From positions 17,852-81,851 of the forward strand of contig CANRPJ010000011.1 in assembly GCA_947632485.1 (NCBI GenBank): 64,000 bases of DNA, given 5' to 3'. The translations under genes and the position numbers were made by a program. The notes below the pieces were generated by a model. That model worked only from the letters and a program-made list of their open reading frames with translations. It had not been told where the DNA came from and searched no databases. Below are positions 9,741 to 17,691 of this stretch, in pieces (position 1 is the stretch's first letter; each line of letters begins with the position of its first letter). Origin of the DNA: an uncultured Muribaculaceae bacterium (GTDB lineage Bacteria; Bacteroidota; Bacteroidia; Bacteroidales; Muribaculaceae).

Positions 9741-9805
9741 CCTTGACACGGTTTTAGAGTTATACTGCTGAGGGATAGCGATATAACCCCTTGTCAATGT
9801 CAAGG
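9741..9805 (+). repeat. 65-bp palindromic element, copy A1
   Basis: CCTTGACA...TGTCAAGG terminal inverted repeat. 60/65 identical to 11662-11726 in the same orientation. Confidence 0.9.
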
Positions 9806-9843
9806 CGATCAAAGGTCTTGTACGGAGGAAGGAGGCTTGACAG

Positions 9844-9908
9844 CCTTGACACGAAAATAGATAAATCTCACAGAGTATCAGCTACTAACATCAAATTTTG
9901 TGTCAAGG
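9844..9908 (-). repeat. 65-bp palindromic element, diverged inverted copy B
   Basis: CCTTGACAC...GTGTCAAGG ends and the same 65-bp length. Its reverse complement keeps GCTGA in the same register as A1/A2. Confidence 0.7.
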
Positions 9909-9996
9909 TGGCAGCTATCTGATACATTCGCGCCTCTCGGCGCTGCCCCGCAATATGTACGAGGATATGAAAGTAGGGTAGGTGTGGCTTAGTGAG

Positions 9997-10298
9997 CCGC
10001 GAAGCGGTGAGGTCATTGTTAACCCCGTACGACCGAAAGGGAGTGCGGGGAGAAGAGCCCAAATCTCAACCTGAGCTGCGGAGCTGCGATGTTATAGTAG
10101 CCTGTGTATGAGCAGAGGGAGCAAAGAAGTCGCTAATGAGGCACCCACGCTGTGGGTTTATTGCGATGGGCGACGTAGTGCCGCGGGTTCGCACCCGCGG
10201 TTACCGTAAGAAGCCCATGCCATGGGCATGGTGTGTGGAACCACGGCATAGCACATGCACATACGTCGCGCGCCGCACGATGTAGTGCTCCTTGTGCC
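9997..10298. repeat. cluster of REP-like short palindromes
   Basis: CCGC-GAA-GCGG, CCCCGTAC..GAAA..GTGCGGGG, ACCCAC-GCT-GTGGGT, CCGCGGGT-TCGC-ACCCGCGG and GCCCATG-C-CATGGGC. Confidence 0.6.
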
Positions 10299-10364
10299 AG
10301 AGACGGAAGATTTTGCCGGCACTCTGCGGTCGAGGCTGCTCTGGGGTCGCCGGTAACAGCTACG

Positions 10365-10387
10365 AAAAAAGCGCGGAATTTCCGCGC
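10365..10387 (-). terminator. intrinsic terminator of the orphan lipoprotein gene
   Basis: Minus strand reads GCGCGGA-AAT-TCCGCGC-TTTTTT, 40 nt after the stop codon. Confidence 0.85.
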
Positions 10388-10427
10388 CTCTTAAATATTA
10401 TCAGATTTCTGAAAAGGTTACCAAACC

Positions 10428-11126
10428 TTATTTTCCGTCGGTTGCTGGGTCGTAGGTTGTTTCGTCGTAGACGAGCTCGAATCCGGGGAGGCCATCGGCA
10501 ATCAGACGGTTCATGGTCTTGTCGAAAACATCACCTGTAGTATATATGGATCCCCAAAAAACTCCATATTCCTCCTTATCTTCCGGAAACAGCTCTTCTG
10601 CGATTCTCCAGAATTCCCTCTCCTCTATACTATAGGATTCAGTCACTCTCGCTTCCGGTATCACCGCATACCCATATTTACCTGGGCGAAACGCCTTATC
10701 CACATCATCGATGGTTTTATAGTCAGAGTATTTAAGCGTCAGATACACGTCTCGGGGTGATTGTCCCCAAAAACCGGAATAGTAGAAGCCATCGTCCAAT
10801 TTGTGTACCGGCGATTTGCCATCTTTCCGGTTATCTGGAGCACCAATAATCCCACCATTTAATGTACGCTCGCCATTCTTGCCAAGAACAACATTACGAT
10901 AGTTTACCGGTACATTATCCGAATAGTCACCACTAAGCCTATAAATTTTAAAGACAGAAATCGGATCCACGCCTCCCTGAGGAGCGGTTTCGTATGGTGG
11001 AACAGGTTCTTCTGCAACTAAGTCTTTGCTACAGGCCGTAACACCTAGTAAAACTAATATCGTAAGGAAAAGGGAGGAGGTGATTCTTTCAACCAAGATG
11101 CTCCTACGAGATAATTTCTTATTCAT
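10428..11126 (-). CDS. hypothetical lipoprotein, low GC
   Basis: 232-aa ORF with a hydrophobic signal ending in lipobox VTAC followed by SKD. It has its own terminator. Confidence 0.85.
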   Translation of the reverse strand: MNKKLSRRSILVERITSSLFLTILVLLGVTACSKDLVAEEPVPPYETAPQGGVDPISVFKIYRLSGDYSDNVPVNYRNVVLGKNGERTLNGGIIGAPDNRKDGKSPVHKLDDGFYYSGFWGQSPRDVYLTLKYSDYKTIDDVDKAFRPGKYGYAVIPEARVTESYSIEEREFWRIAEELFPEDKEEYGVFWGSIYTTGDVFDKTMNRLIADGLPGFELVYDETTYDPATDGK

Positions 11127-11661
11127 GCCAATAGGTTATTTTGTAATAGTAAAAAAGGTAGGATTTACCGTAAAATTACAGGTTGGATCAGTGTATGGAC
11201 AATAAAAGATCTTCTAATCATAGTATCCAATCGCATCTTTTCCATACCCCCAATGAATATGATGCTGGTCTGCTATACCTATATCATCTTCTCTGGCAAA
11301 AGTGAATTTTTTCATCGGTATCTTGTTAGTTAGGTTTGTTTCGGGCGCAAGTTAGTAAACTTTTCTAAATCTGCAAAGAAACGGAAAGAAAATTTTTCTT
11401 ATATCTGCATCGCGGTGTGATGAGGGTGGGAATCAGAAGACTAAGCATGAGCGACGCGGAGGAGGGAATATGAGCTTCGGAGTGGTGGCTGGACCTGCGT
11501 AGCTTATGAGACGCCAACGCTGTGGGAACTACAACCACGTACCTCCGGCACTCTGATGCCGGGGTCTTCGCTGTCCGGACACTTGCTTCCGCTTCGCGCT
11601 CGCTCATGCCCGGTTTCCCTATATCCCCGCGCCTCGCGGCGCTACTTGCACAACATGAGCA

Positions 11662-11726
11662 TCTTGACACGGTTTTAGGGTTATATTGCTGAGGGATAGC
11701 GATATAACCTCGTGTCAATGTCAAGG
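11662..11726 (+). repeat. 65-bp palindromic element, copy A2
   Basis: TCTTGACACG...CGTGTCAATGTCAAGG with inner arms GGGTTATATTGCT/AGCGATATAACCT. Direct repeat of 9741-9805. Confidence 0.9.
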
Positions 11727-11845
11727 CGGTCAATGGGCCTTTCCTCAGGGCTCGGGGGCGGTATCGGCGAAAAGGAGCGAACCGGGCAGGGGCAGTCGGC
11801 GTTACCACTTATAGAATAGACTCTTTATCAAATCAGCAACGTATT

Positions 11846-12847
11846 ATGGATTATCTGACTGACGGAAAACTCGTGATTGTCGGCGCAGCCGGCATGATCG
11901 GCTCCAACATGGCCCAGACGGCCCTTATGATGAATCTGACCCCCAACATCTGCCTCTACGACCCCTACGAGAAGGGACTGGCAGGAGTAGCCGAGGAGCT
12001 GCGTCACTGCGGCTTCATGGGAGCTGACGTGACCTATACCACCGATATCAAGGAGGCTCTCACGGGAGCGCAGTATATCGTATCGTCGGGCGGCGCGCCG
12101 CGCAAGGCCGGCATGACCCGCGAGGACCTGCTGAAAGGCAACGCCGAGATAGCCGAGCAGCTCGGCAAGGATATCAAGGCCTACTGCCCGGACGCAAAAT
12201 TCGTAGTGGTGATTTTCAACCCCGCAGATATCACGGGTCTGGTCACTCTGCTCTATTCCGGTCTAAAACCGAGCCAGGTGGCTACTCTGGCCGCTCTCGA
12301 CAGCACCCGCCTGCAGAGCGAGCTGGCAAAGCAGTTTAATGTGCCGATGTCGCAGGTGCAGAATGCCCGCACCTATGGCGGCCACGGCGAGCAGATGGCT
12401 GTATTCGCAAGCACGGTAAAGGTGCAGGACGTGCCTCTTACGGAGATTATCGGCAGCGACCGCTTCTCCGATTCAGCCTGGCAGCAGCTTAAGACGCGTG
12501 TGATCCAGGGCGGAAAGAATATCATCGACCTGAGGGGTCGCTCATCGTTCCAGAGCCCTGCCTATCTCTCGATCGAGATGATTGCGGCCGCTATGGGCGG
12601 AAAGCCGTTCCGCTGGCCGGTAGGCACATACGTTGACAACGACCGCTTCCAGCACATCATGATGGCTATGGAGACCACCATCACCACTGACGGCGTGGAG
12701 GTTAAGCCCGTGACTGGCACTCCGGCCGAAGAGGCTGAACTGGAGGCAAGCTACAAGCACCTCTGCGAGATGCGCGATGAAGTGATCTCGCTCGGAATCC
12801 TGCCGCCGGTTGAGCAGTGGCACTCGCTCAACCCCAATATCCGCTAA
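11846..12847 (+). CDS. mdh: malate dehydrogenase (LDH-like)
   Basis: GAAGMIG Rossmann motif, PRKAGMTREDLLKGN, NPAD, LDSTR and GGHGE. Confidence 0.93.
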   Translation: MDYLTDGKLVIVGAAGMIGSNMAQTALMMNLTPNICLYDPYEKGLAGVAEELRHCGFMGADVTYTTDIKEALTGAQYIVSSGGAPRKAGMTREDLLKGNAEIAEQLGKDIKAYCPDAKFVVVIFNPADITGLVTLLYSGLKPSQVATLAALDSTRLQSELAKQFNVPMSQVQNARTYGGHGEQMAVFASTVKVQDVPLTEIIGSDRFSDSAWQQLKTRVIQGGKNIIDLRGRSSFQSPAYLSIEMIAAAMGGKPFRWPVGTYVDNDRFQHIMMAMETTITTDGVEVKPVTGTPAEEAELEASYKHLCEMRDEVISLGILPPVEQWHSLNPNIR

Positions 12848-14160
12848 AGCGTAAGCTCTACCACACGGTCCGGACCGGCGGTCACGCCGTCGAGATGGAT
12901 CGTGTAGTCGCCCGGTTTACCGGAGAATTTCACGGGCTTGCGGCTGATGAAATCCACGGCCTTCTTCACCTTGGCGCCCATCGGCAGCTTCACCGACTGG
13001 AAATCCTCGCCAAGTACATGGAGAAATACCCTTCCGTCGCCGCGTTTCACGGTTACGGTGCCCCATTCCGGCTCCTCTTCCAAGGGGGAGCCGGTTGTGG
13101 CATATATGGTCTCGCCGTAGCTGTCCATCCACTTTCCGATTCCTTTCAGGCGGTCGATGGCCGCTGCCGGCAGCTCCCCGCTCGGCTGAGGGCCGATGTT
13201 GAGCAGCAGGTTAGCACCTTTGCCGGCGGTGCGCACCAGATAGCGCACAAGATCGTCGGTGCTCTTATAATCCTGATCCTTTATCTTGTAGCCCCACATT
13301 CCATTCATAGTCTGGCAGGTCTCAAGCGGCAGTGACCCTACATCCTGCCCCGACAGTCCCGCCTTGTTCTCACCCGGCACATCGCGCTCGAAAATCTGGA
13401 TATCTTCGCCCGGAATAACCGACACATGATGGTTATTGCCCACCAGGCAGCCAGGCTGCAGGCTGTGGATCAGGGCATACTGCTCATCGAGCTGCCAGTC
13501 GAAAGGCGTAGGATCCTCGTCATGATCCCAATAGCCGTCGAACCAGATGGCGCCCACCTTTCCATAGTCGGTCAGAAGCTCCGTGAGCTGCCCGTTCATG
13601 AAATTCTTGTAGCTCTCCCAGTCGGGCGCGAGCTGACGTCCGGTGTCGTGGCCGGTGCGTCCCAGAGGATAGTCGGGACGCGTCCAGTCGAGATGGCTGT
13701 AGTAGAAATGAAGCCTGATGCCCTGACGCTCACACTCTTCGGCGAGCTCTTTGAGCACATCGCGGCCGAAAGGAGTGGCATCTACGATGTTGTAGGGGCT
13801 CTGCTTTGTGCCCCACATGGAGAAGCCGTCGTGATGGCGGCTCGTGATGCATATATATTTCGCTCCTGACTCCTTAATGGCGCTCACCCACTCCTTGGCA
13901 TTGAAATGAGCGGGATAGAACCCGCGGGCGGCCTTGGCGTATTCTTCGGCATTAACGCCGGAGTTGAGATACCACTCTCCCTGGCCGAACATACTGTAGA
14001 TGCCCCAGTGGAGAAATATTCCCAGACCGGCGTCGGCAAACTCCTGCCGGCTCTTCAGGTTCTCCTCGGAAGGGGTGTAATCGGCTGCCGGAGCAGGTAT
14101 TGAGATGGCTCCCGCCAGAGCGGCTGCAAGCGCGGCGCGGCGCAGAAAAGAGGTAGTCAT
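12844..14160 (-). CDS. alpha-L-fucosidase, GH29
   Basis: Signal peptide, GIFLHWGIYS, TSRHHDGF, IWFDGYWD and LLLNIGP. Start moved to 14160 because a promoter overlaps the longer start. Confidence 0.93.
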   Translation of the reverse strand: MTTSFLRRAALAAALAGAISIPAPAADYTPSEENLKSRQEFADAGLGIFLHWGIYSMFGQGEWYLNSGVNAEEYAKAARGFYPAHFNAKEWVSAIKESGAKYICITSRHHDGFSMWGTKQSPYNIVDATPFGRDVLKELAEECERQGIRLHFYYSHLDWTRPDYPLGRTGHDTGRQLAPDWESYKNFMNGQLTELLTDYGKVGAIWFDGYWDHDEDPTPFDWQLDEQYALIHSLQPGCLVGNNHHVSVIPGEDIQIFERDVPGENKAGLSGQDVGSLPLETCQTMNGMWGYKIKDQDYKSTDDLVRYLVRTAGKGANLLLNIGPQPSGELPAAAIDRLKGIGKWMDSYGETIYATTGSPLEEEPEWGTVTVKRGDGRVFLHVLGEDFQSVKLPMGAKVKKAVDFISRKPVKFSGKPGDYTIHLDGVTAGPDRVVELTL

Positions 14161-14187
14161 AGAAAAGTTGTTGTTAAGTGAATGACG

Positions 14188-14214
14188 CAAAGATAGCTAT
14201 TTTTCCTATTTTTG
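14188..14214. promoter_or_regulatory. divergent sigma-A -7 elements (GH29 and DUF4861 genes)
   Basis: TATCTTTG on the minus strand at 14188-14195 and TATTTTTG on the plus strand at 14207-14214. Confidence 0.7.
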
Positions 14215-14219
14215 CCACC

Positions 14220-15347
14220 ATGAAGAAGATCTTATGCCTCTTTGCTATGCTTGGCTGCATTCTGGCAGCCGGCGCTCAGCTACGCGTGAAAGTGACCAAC
14301 CCCTCGGCCTTCGGGCGGCAGGAGCTGGCGGAAGTGAGTCTTGATTCTCTCGGAGCGCTCCCTGACAAGCTCAGTATCAGCGATTCTTCCGGGAAGGCAA
14401 TAGTCTGGCAGCTTACCCGCTCCGGTAAGCTCATATTCCCGGTGGATCTCGCTGCCGGAGCATCAGAGGAGTTCACCATAGCTGAAGGCCAGGCAGCGGA
14501 GGCGGCGCCGGAGATAGTCTGGACAATGCGCCCCGACCGCCTCGACGATTTCGCCTGGGAGAACCGCCATGCCGGCTATCGCCTCTACGGCCCAGCCTTC
14601 AAGAGAGAGGAAGGCGGAGTGTATGGCTACGACATCTGGTGCAAACGGGTGCCGGAGCCTGTGCTGAAAACTTTCTACGACGGCAATGCGGCCACCCCTC
14701 AGATCTCTTACCATGAAGACCACGGTCGGGGTTTCGACGGCTTCGCGGTAGGCCCTACCCTTGGCGCTGGAGCTTTTGTGCTCGCTCCCGGCGACACGCT
14801 GCTCTATCAGGAGTGTTACCGCGATTTCGAGGTGGTAGATTGCGGCCCGCTGCGCCTCACGGTGCGCTTCACCATCGACCCTCTTGAACGTGACGGCCGC
14901 GAGCTGACCGAGGTGCGCACGCTCTCGCTCGATGCCGGCAGCCATTTCAACCGTGTGGTCACGGAATACCGCGGTCTGGAGTCGCCATGCCCTACGGCGG
15001 CGGGCATAGTGGTGCATAAAGGGGCTGACCTCCGGCTGATGCCCGAGCAGAAAGCCATTGCCGTAGCCGACCCGACCGACCGCCCCGGAGAGGAGCGCGG
15101 AAGAATCTTCATCGGCCTGATTTATCCGGAGGCTGATTCGGTGAGGATGCGGGTCGAGAAGAGTTGGAACACTGAGGGTCAAGCTATTGCATCAGGCATA
15201 GCTCAGCCCGGGCAGCCCAGCGAATATTACTGGGGCTCGGGCTGGAGCGTGAGGGACGACTGCCCCGACCTCGATGCCTGGCAACTCATAGTGGAGCGCC
15301 AGGTGGAAGCGATCGGCAATCCTTTGAAGATATCCGTAGCGCGCTGA
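14220..15347 (+). CDS. DUF4861-family secreted protein
   Basis: Signal peptide, DDFAWEN..YRLYGP, GYDIWCK, SYHEDHGRG, VGPTLGAG and YYWGSGWS, recognised from memory of the family. Confidence 0.8.
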   Translation: MKKILCLFAMLGCILAAGAQLRVKVTNPSAFGRQELAEVSLDSLGALPDKLSISDSSGKAIVWQLTRSGKLIFPVDLAAGASEEFTIAEGQAAEAAPEIVWTMRPDRLDDFAWENRHAGYRLYGPAFKREEGGVYGYDIWCKRVPEPVLKTFYDGNAATPQISYHEDHGRGFDGFAVGPTLGAGAFVLAPGDTLLYQECYRDFEVVDCGPLRLTVRFTIDPLERDGRELTEVRTLSLDAGSHFNRVVTEYRGLESPCPTAAGIVVHKGADLRLMPEQKAIAVADPTDRPGEERGRIFIGLIYPEADSVRMRVEKSWNTEGQAIASGIAQPGQPSEYYWGSGWSVRDDCPDLDAWQLIVERQVEAIGNPLKISVAR

Positions 15348-15350
15348 CCG

Positions 15351-17657
15351 TCAGTCGCCGATGCGGGTAAGCATCAGAGCATCAATCAGCGCATGATTGG
15401 TAGCGAGATTCATGTTTTCGTGAATCTCGGGAAGAAAGTCTACCTCAACCGTTGTGTCGGAGGGTGAGAGGCGTAACCTTACGGTATTGCTGAGCCCCCA
15501 GTCGTCCCAGTTAGCCACTCCGCGGTGTGGCATCACTATCGTGGCAGGCACGCCGGTCTGCTTTCCTCCTACTGTCACGCCGCGCACGGCAGCCTTATTC
15601 TCCGTATTTACAGGCCCATTGCCGTTGGCATAGCGCAAGGCGGCGCTATAGACCCCCTCTTCCAGCCCCTCAGGCAGGGAGAATACCACCTTCCGCCGCT
15701 CATGGTCAGTCTCGGCAAAGCCATGCCCGGTGAATCCCTCCACCGCTTTCTCAGGCCTGTAGGAGATTTCCGGCGATACCATCACGCTCACCTCTTCCTG
15801 GGGCTGAATCCACACCTGACTGCGGTTGGAGAGGGGCTGAGAGGCGAATGAGCGGGTGCCATCGGAGGCGATGCCGACCACCTGCCATGTGCCCTCCACA
15901 TCTATCGGCCATGAAGTCTGGCGCGTCGTGCCTACCGGTTTTCCATCGTGAATCACCTCATAGGCAGCAATATACTCAATCGGATTCCATTCCAGAAGCT
16001 TTTTGCCTGCTATCTCGGCGAATCGGGTCGACGGGGTGAGAGGCGCCTTGAGATTCGCCCTGCGGTTCACCTTCATCGGCGCAATATCGTTGTCGGCCAT
16101 TCTTACCATTATGCGTCCGCCCTTCCGTAGCTCCTTAGCCGGAATCACCGCTGCGGGATCGAGAGCCTTACCATTGAGGGTGAGCGACTTCACCTCCGAC
16201 CCATAGCCCTCTACCTCGATATCGAGGCGCGCCCCGCGATAAGGGAAATTCTCCAGGACGCGGGTATCGGCCAAAGCTTTTGGCACGAAGGGAGCTATCC
16301 TGAGCCCGTCGGGCTCGAAATGGATTCCAAACAATATCTGCTGCGTGAGAGCGAGATTTCCCGAAAGGCTCCAGAGCATATTGGAGGAATTGAGTTCGGT
16401 AAAAATATCGCCGTTGTCGAGATTGAAATTCTCCTTATTTGTGGCGAACAGCGCAGCTGGGCGCACCACGGCTCCCATTGCCTCGAGGGTGCCCTGCTCA
16501 TTGCCGGCCATGGCGTTGGCGAGCGCCCAGTAAGAGCTCACGAAAGGCCAAAGCGCATTGTTGTGATAGTTAGGCATATCGGCGATCTGCGGAAAGAAAA
16601 TCGCCGCTCCGAAAGGAGTTACAGGGTTGCTCTCCGTGATTCTCCGTGCCCTTTCGGCGGGAGCGATATCGTAAAGGATCGAGAGAGACTCTCCCAGGGT
16701 TTCGGCGCGGGGGTTCATCACCGGAAAATCCTGACCATAGAGGTACATTCCGTAGTAACCTTCATCTTCGAGCCAGAAAGTATCGTTGATTTTCTTTCTC
16801 ACCTCCTCCGCCCGGGCGGCATAATCCTTCGCCTCCGCCGGCTTGCCGAGACTGGCAGCCATTTCGGAAAGCACCTGAAGCGAAGCGGCGTAGACCATAT
16901 TGGTACTCATCGCCACGCTCTGGGCGATATCCGCCGTCTGCATCCATTTGGGATAGCTCTGCTCGCGCCAGTCGATGAAGGAGGTCTCGCCCTTCAGCAA
17001 CCCGTCGGCATCGAGCACCGTGAGGCGGTCTTTTGCCACCGAACGCTCCACTATCGGATAGACCTTCTCAAGCCATTGGCGTGACCCCGTTACCTTGTAT
17101 ATCTCCCAGGCCGCGAGCGCCCACACGAGCCTGTCGGTGCTGATAGGCCACGCACCTCCCGACCCGGTATCCTGGATTATCTGTCCCTCGGCATTCACCT
17201 TCTTCATGAGCGAGATCATCGAGGCCTCCGGCTGCAGGGCCGCCATAGCAAGGATAATGGAGTAAGATACGTCGCGCGTCCAGACCCCCGCCCACTCCTT
17301 GCCGGTGCGCAGCGTGGTGTCGGGCTCCACAGCATTGACCATCTCGTCGAGACCCATATTGTACACGGCCTGCAGCAGCCCCTGCGAGGTCTTCAGCCGC
17401 GGATAGGCCGATATATCATTTTTCAGGCTCCAGGTCTGCTCTACGGGCATGAAATAGCCGGGACGGGCATGGTAGGTACTCCTGATCTCGGTTGGACTTA
17501 CAGCCCAGGCTGCATACTCTCCCTGAATCACCGAGTCAGCCTTCCATGTGTAGGCATCAGTGGCCAGCACGATCTGATCCTGAGCCGCCATCGGCAAGGC
17601 AAGCGCCGCGACCGGCATAAAGGCGACCACCACAAGAAGTTTCTGAAAAGATGTCAT
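15351..17657 (-). CDS. secreted six-hairpin glycosidase (glycogen debranching/amylo-alpha-1,6-glucosidase-like) with C-terminal CBM-like domain
   Basis: Signal peptide, WAGVWTRDVSYS, GETSFIDWREQSYP, YHNNALWPFV and C-terminal LRYANGNGP..WDDWG. Confidence 0.75.
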   Translation of the reverse strand: MTSFQKLLVVVAFMPVAALALPMAAQDQIVLATDAYTWKADSVIQGEYAAWAVSPTEIRSTYHARPGYFMPVEQTWSLKNDISAYPRLKTSQGLLQAVYNMGLDEMVNAVEPDTTLRTGKEWAGVWTRDVSYSIILAMAALQPEASMISLMKKVNAEGQIIQDTGSGGAWPISTDRLVWALAAWEIYKVTGSRQWLEKVYPIVERSVAKDRLTVLDADGLLKGETSFIDWREQSYPKWMQTADIAQSVAMSTNMVYAASLQVLSEMAASLGKPAEAKDYAARAEEVRKKINDTFWLEDEGYYGMYLYGQDFPVMNPRAETLGESLSILYDIAPAERARRITESNPVTPFGAAIFFPQIADMPNYHNNALWPFVSSYWALANAMAGNEQGTLEAMGAVVRPAALFATNKENFNLDNGDIFTELNSSNMLWSLSGNLALTQQILFGIHFEPDGLRIAPFVPKALADTRVLENFPYRGARLDIEVEGYGSEVKSLTLNGKALDPAAVIPAKELRKGGRIMVRMADNDIAPMKVNRRANLKAPLTPSTRFAEIAGKKLLEWNPIEYIAAYEVIHDGKPVGTTRQTSWPIDVEGTWQVVGIASDGTRSFASQPLSNRSQVWIQPQEEVSVMVSPEISYRPEKAVEGFTGHGFAETDHERRKVVFSLPEGLEEGVYSAALRYANGNGPVNTENKAAVRGVTVGGKQTGVPATIVMPHRGVANWDDWGLSNTVRLRLSPSDTTVEVDFLPEIHENMNLATNHALIDALMLTRIGD

Positions 17658-17691
17658 CGTATGTCGGTATTAGTTCGTAAATTTCTGATTA

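Noticed and set aside
9741-9805. Integron attC site
   Set aside because: The GTT and AAC cores are in the opposite order to attC (RYYYAAC...GTTRRRY), and no integron integrase or cassette array is present.
9990-10050. Group II intron domain V/VI remnant (GAGCCG...GAAA hairpins)
   Set aside because: The DV stem with its AC bulge cannot be formed, and there is no RT ORF.
10181-10200. tRNA T-arm (GCGGGTTCGCACCCGC)
   Set aside because: The loop is not 7 nt, and no acceptor, D or anticodon arms can be built around it.
11365-11808. 147-aa ORF on the minus strand
   Set aside because: It runs through the repeat and hairpin region, and its R/A/S-rich composition is typical of non-coding translation.
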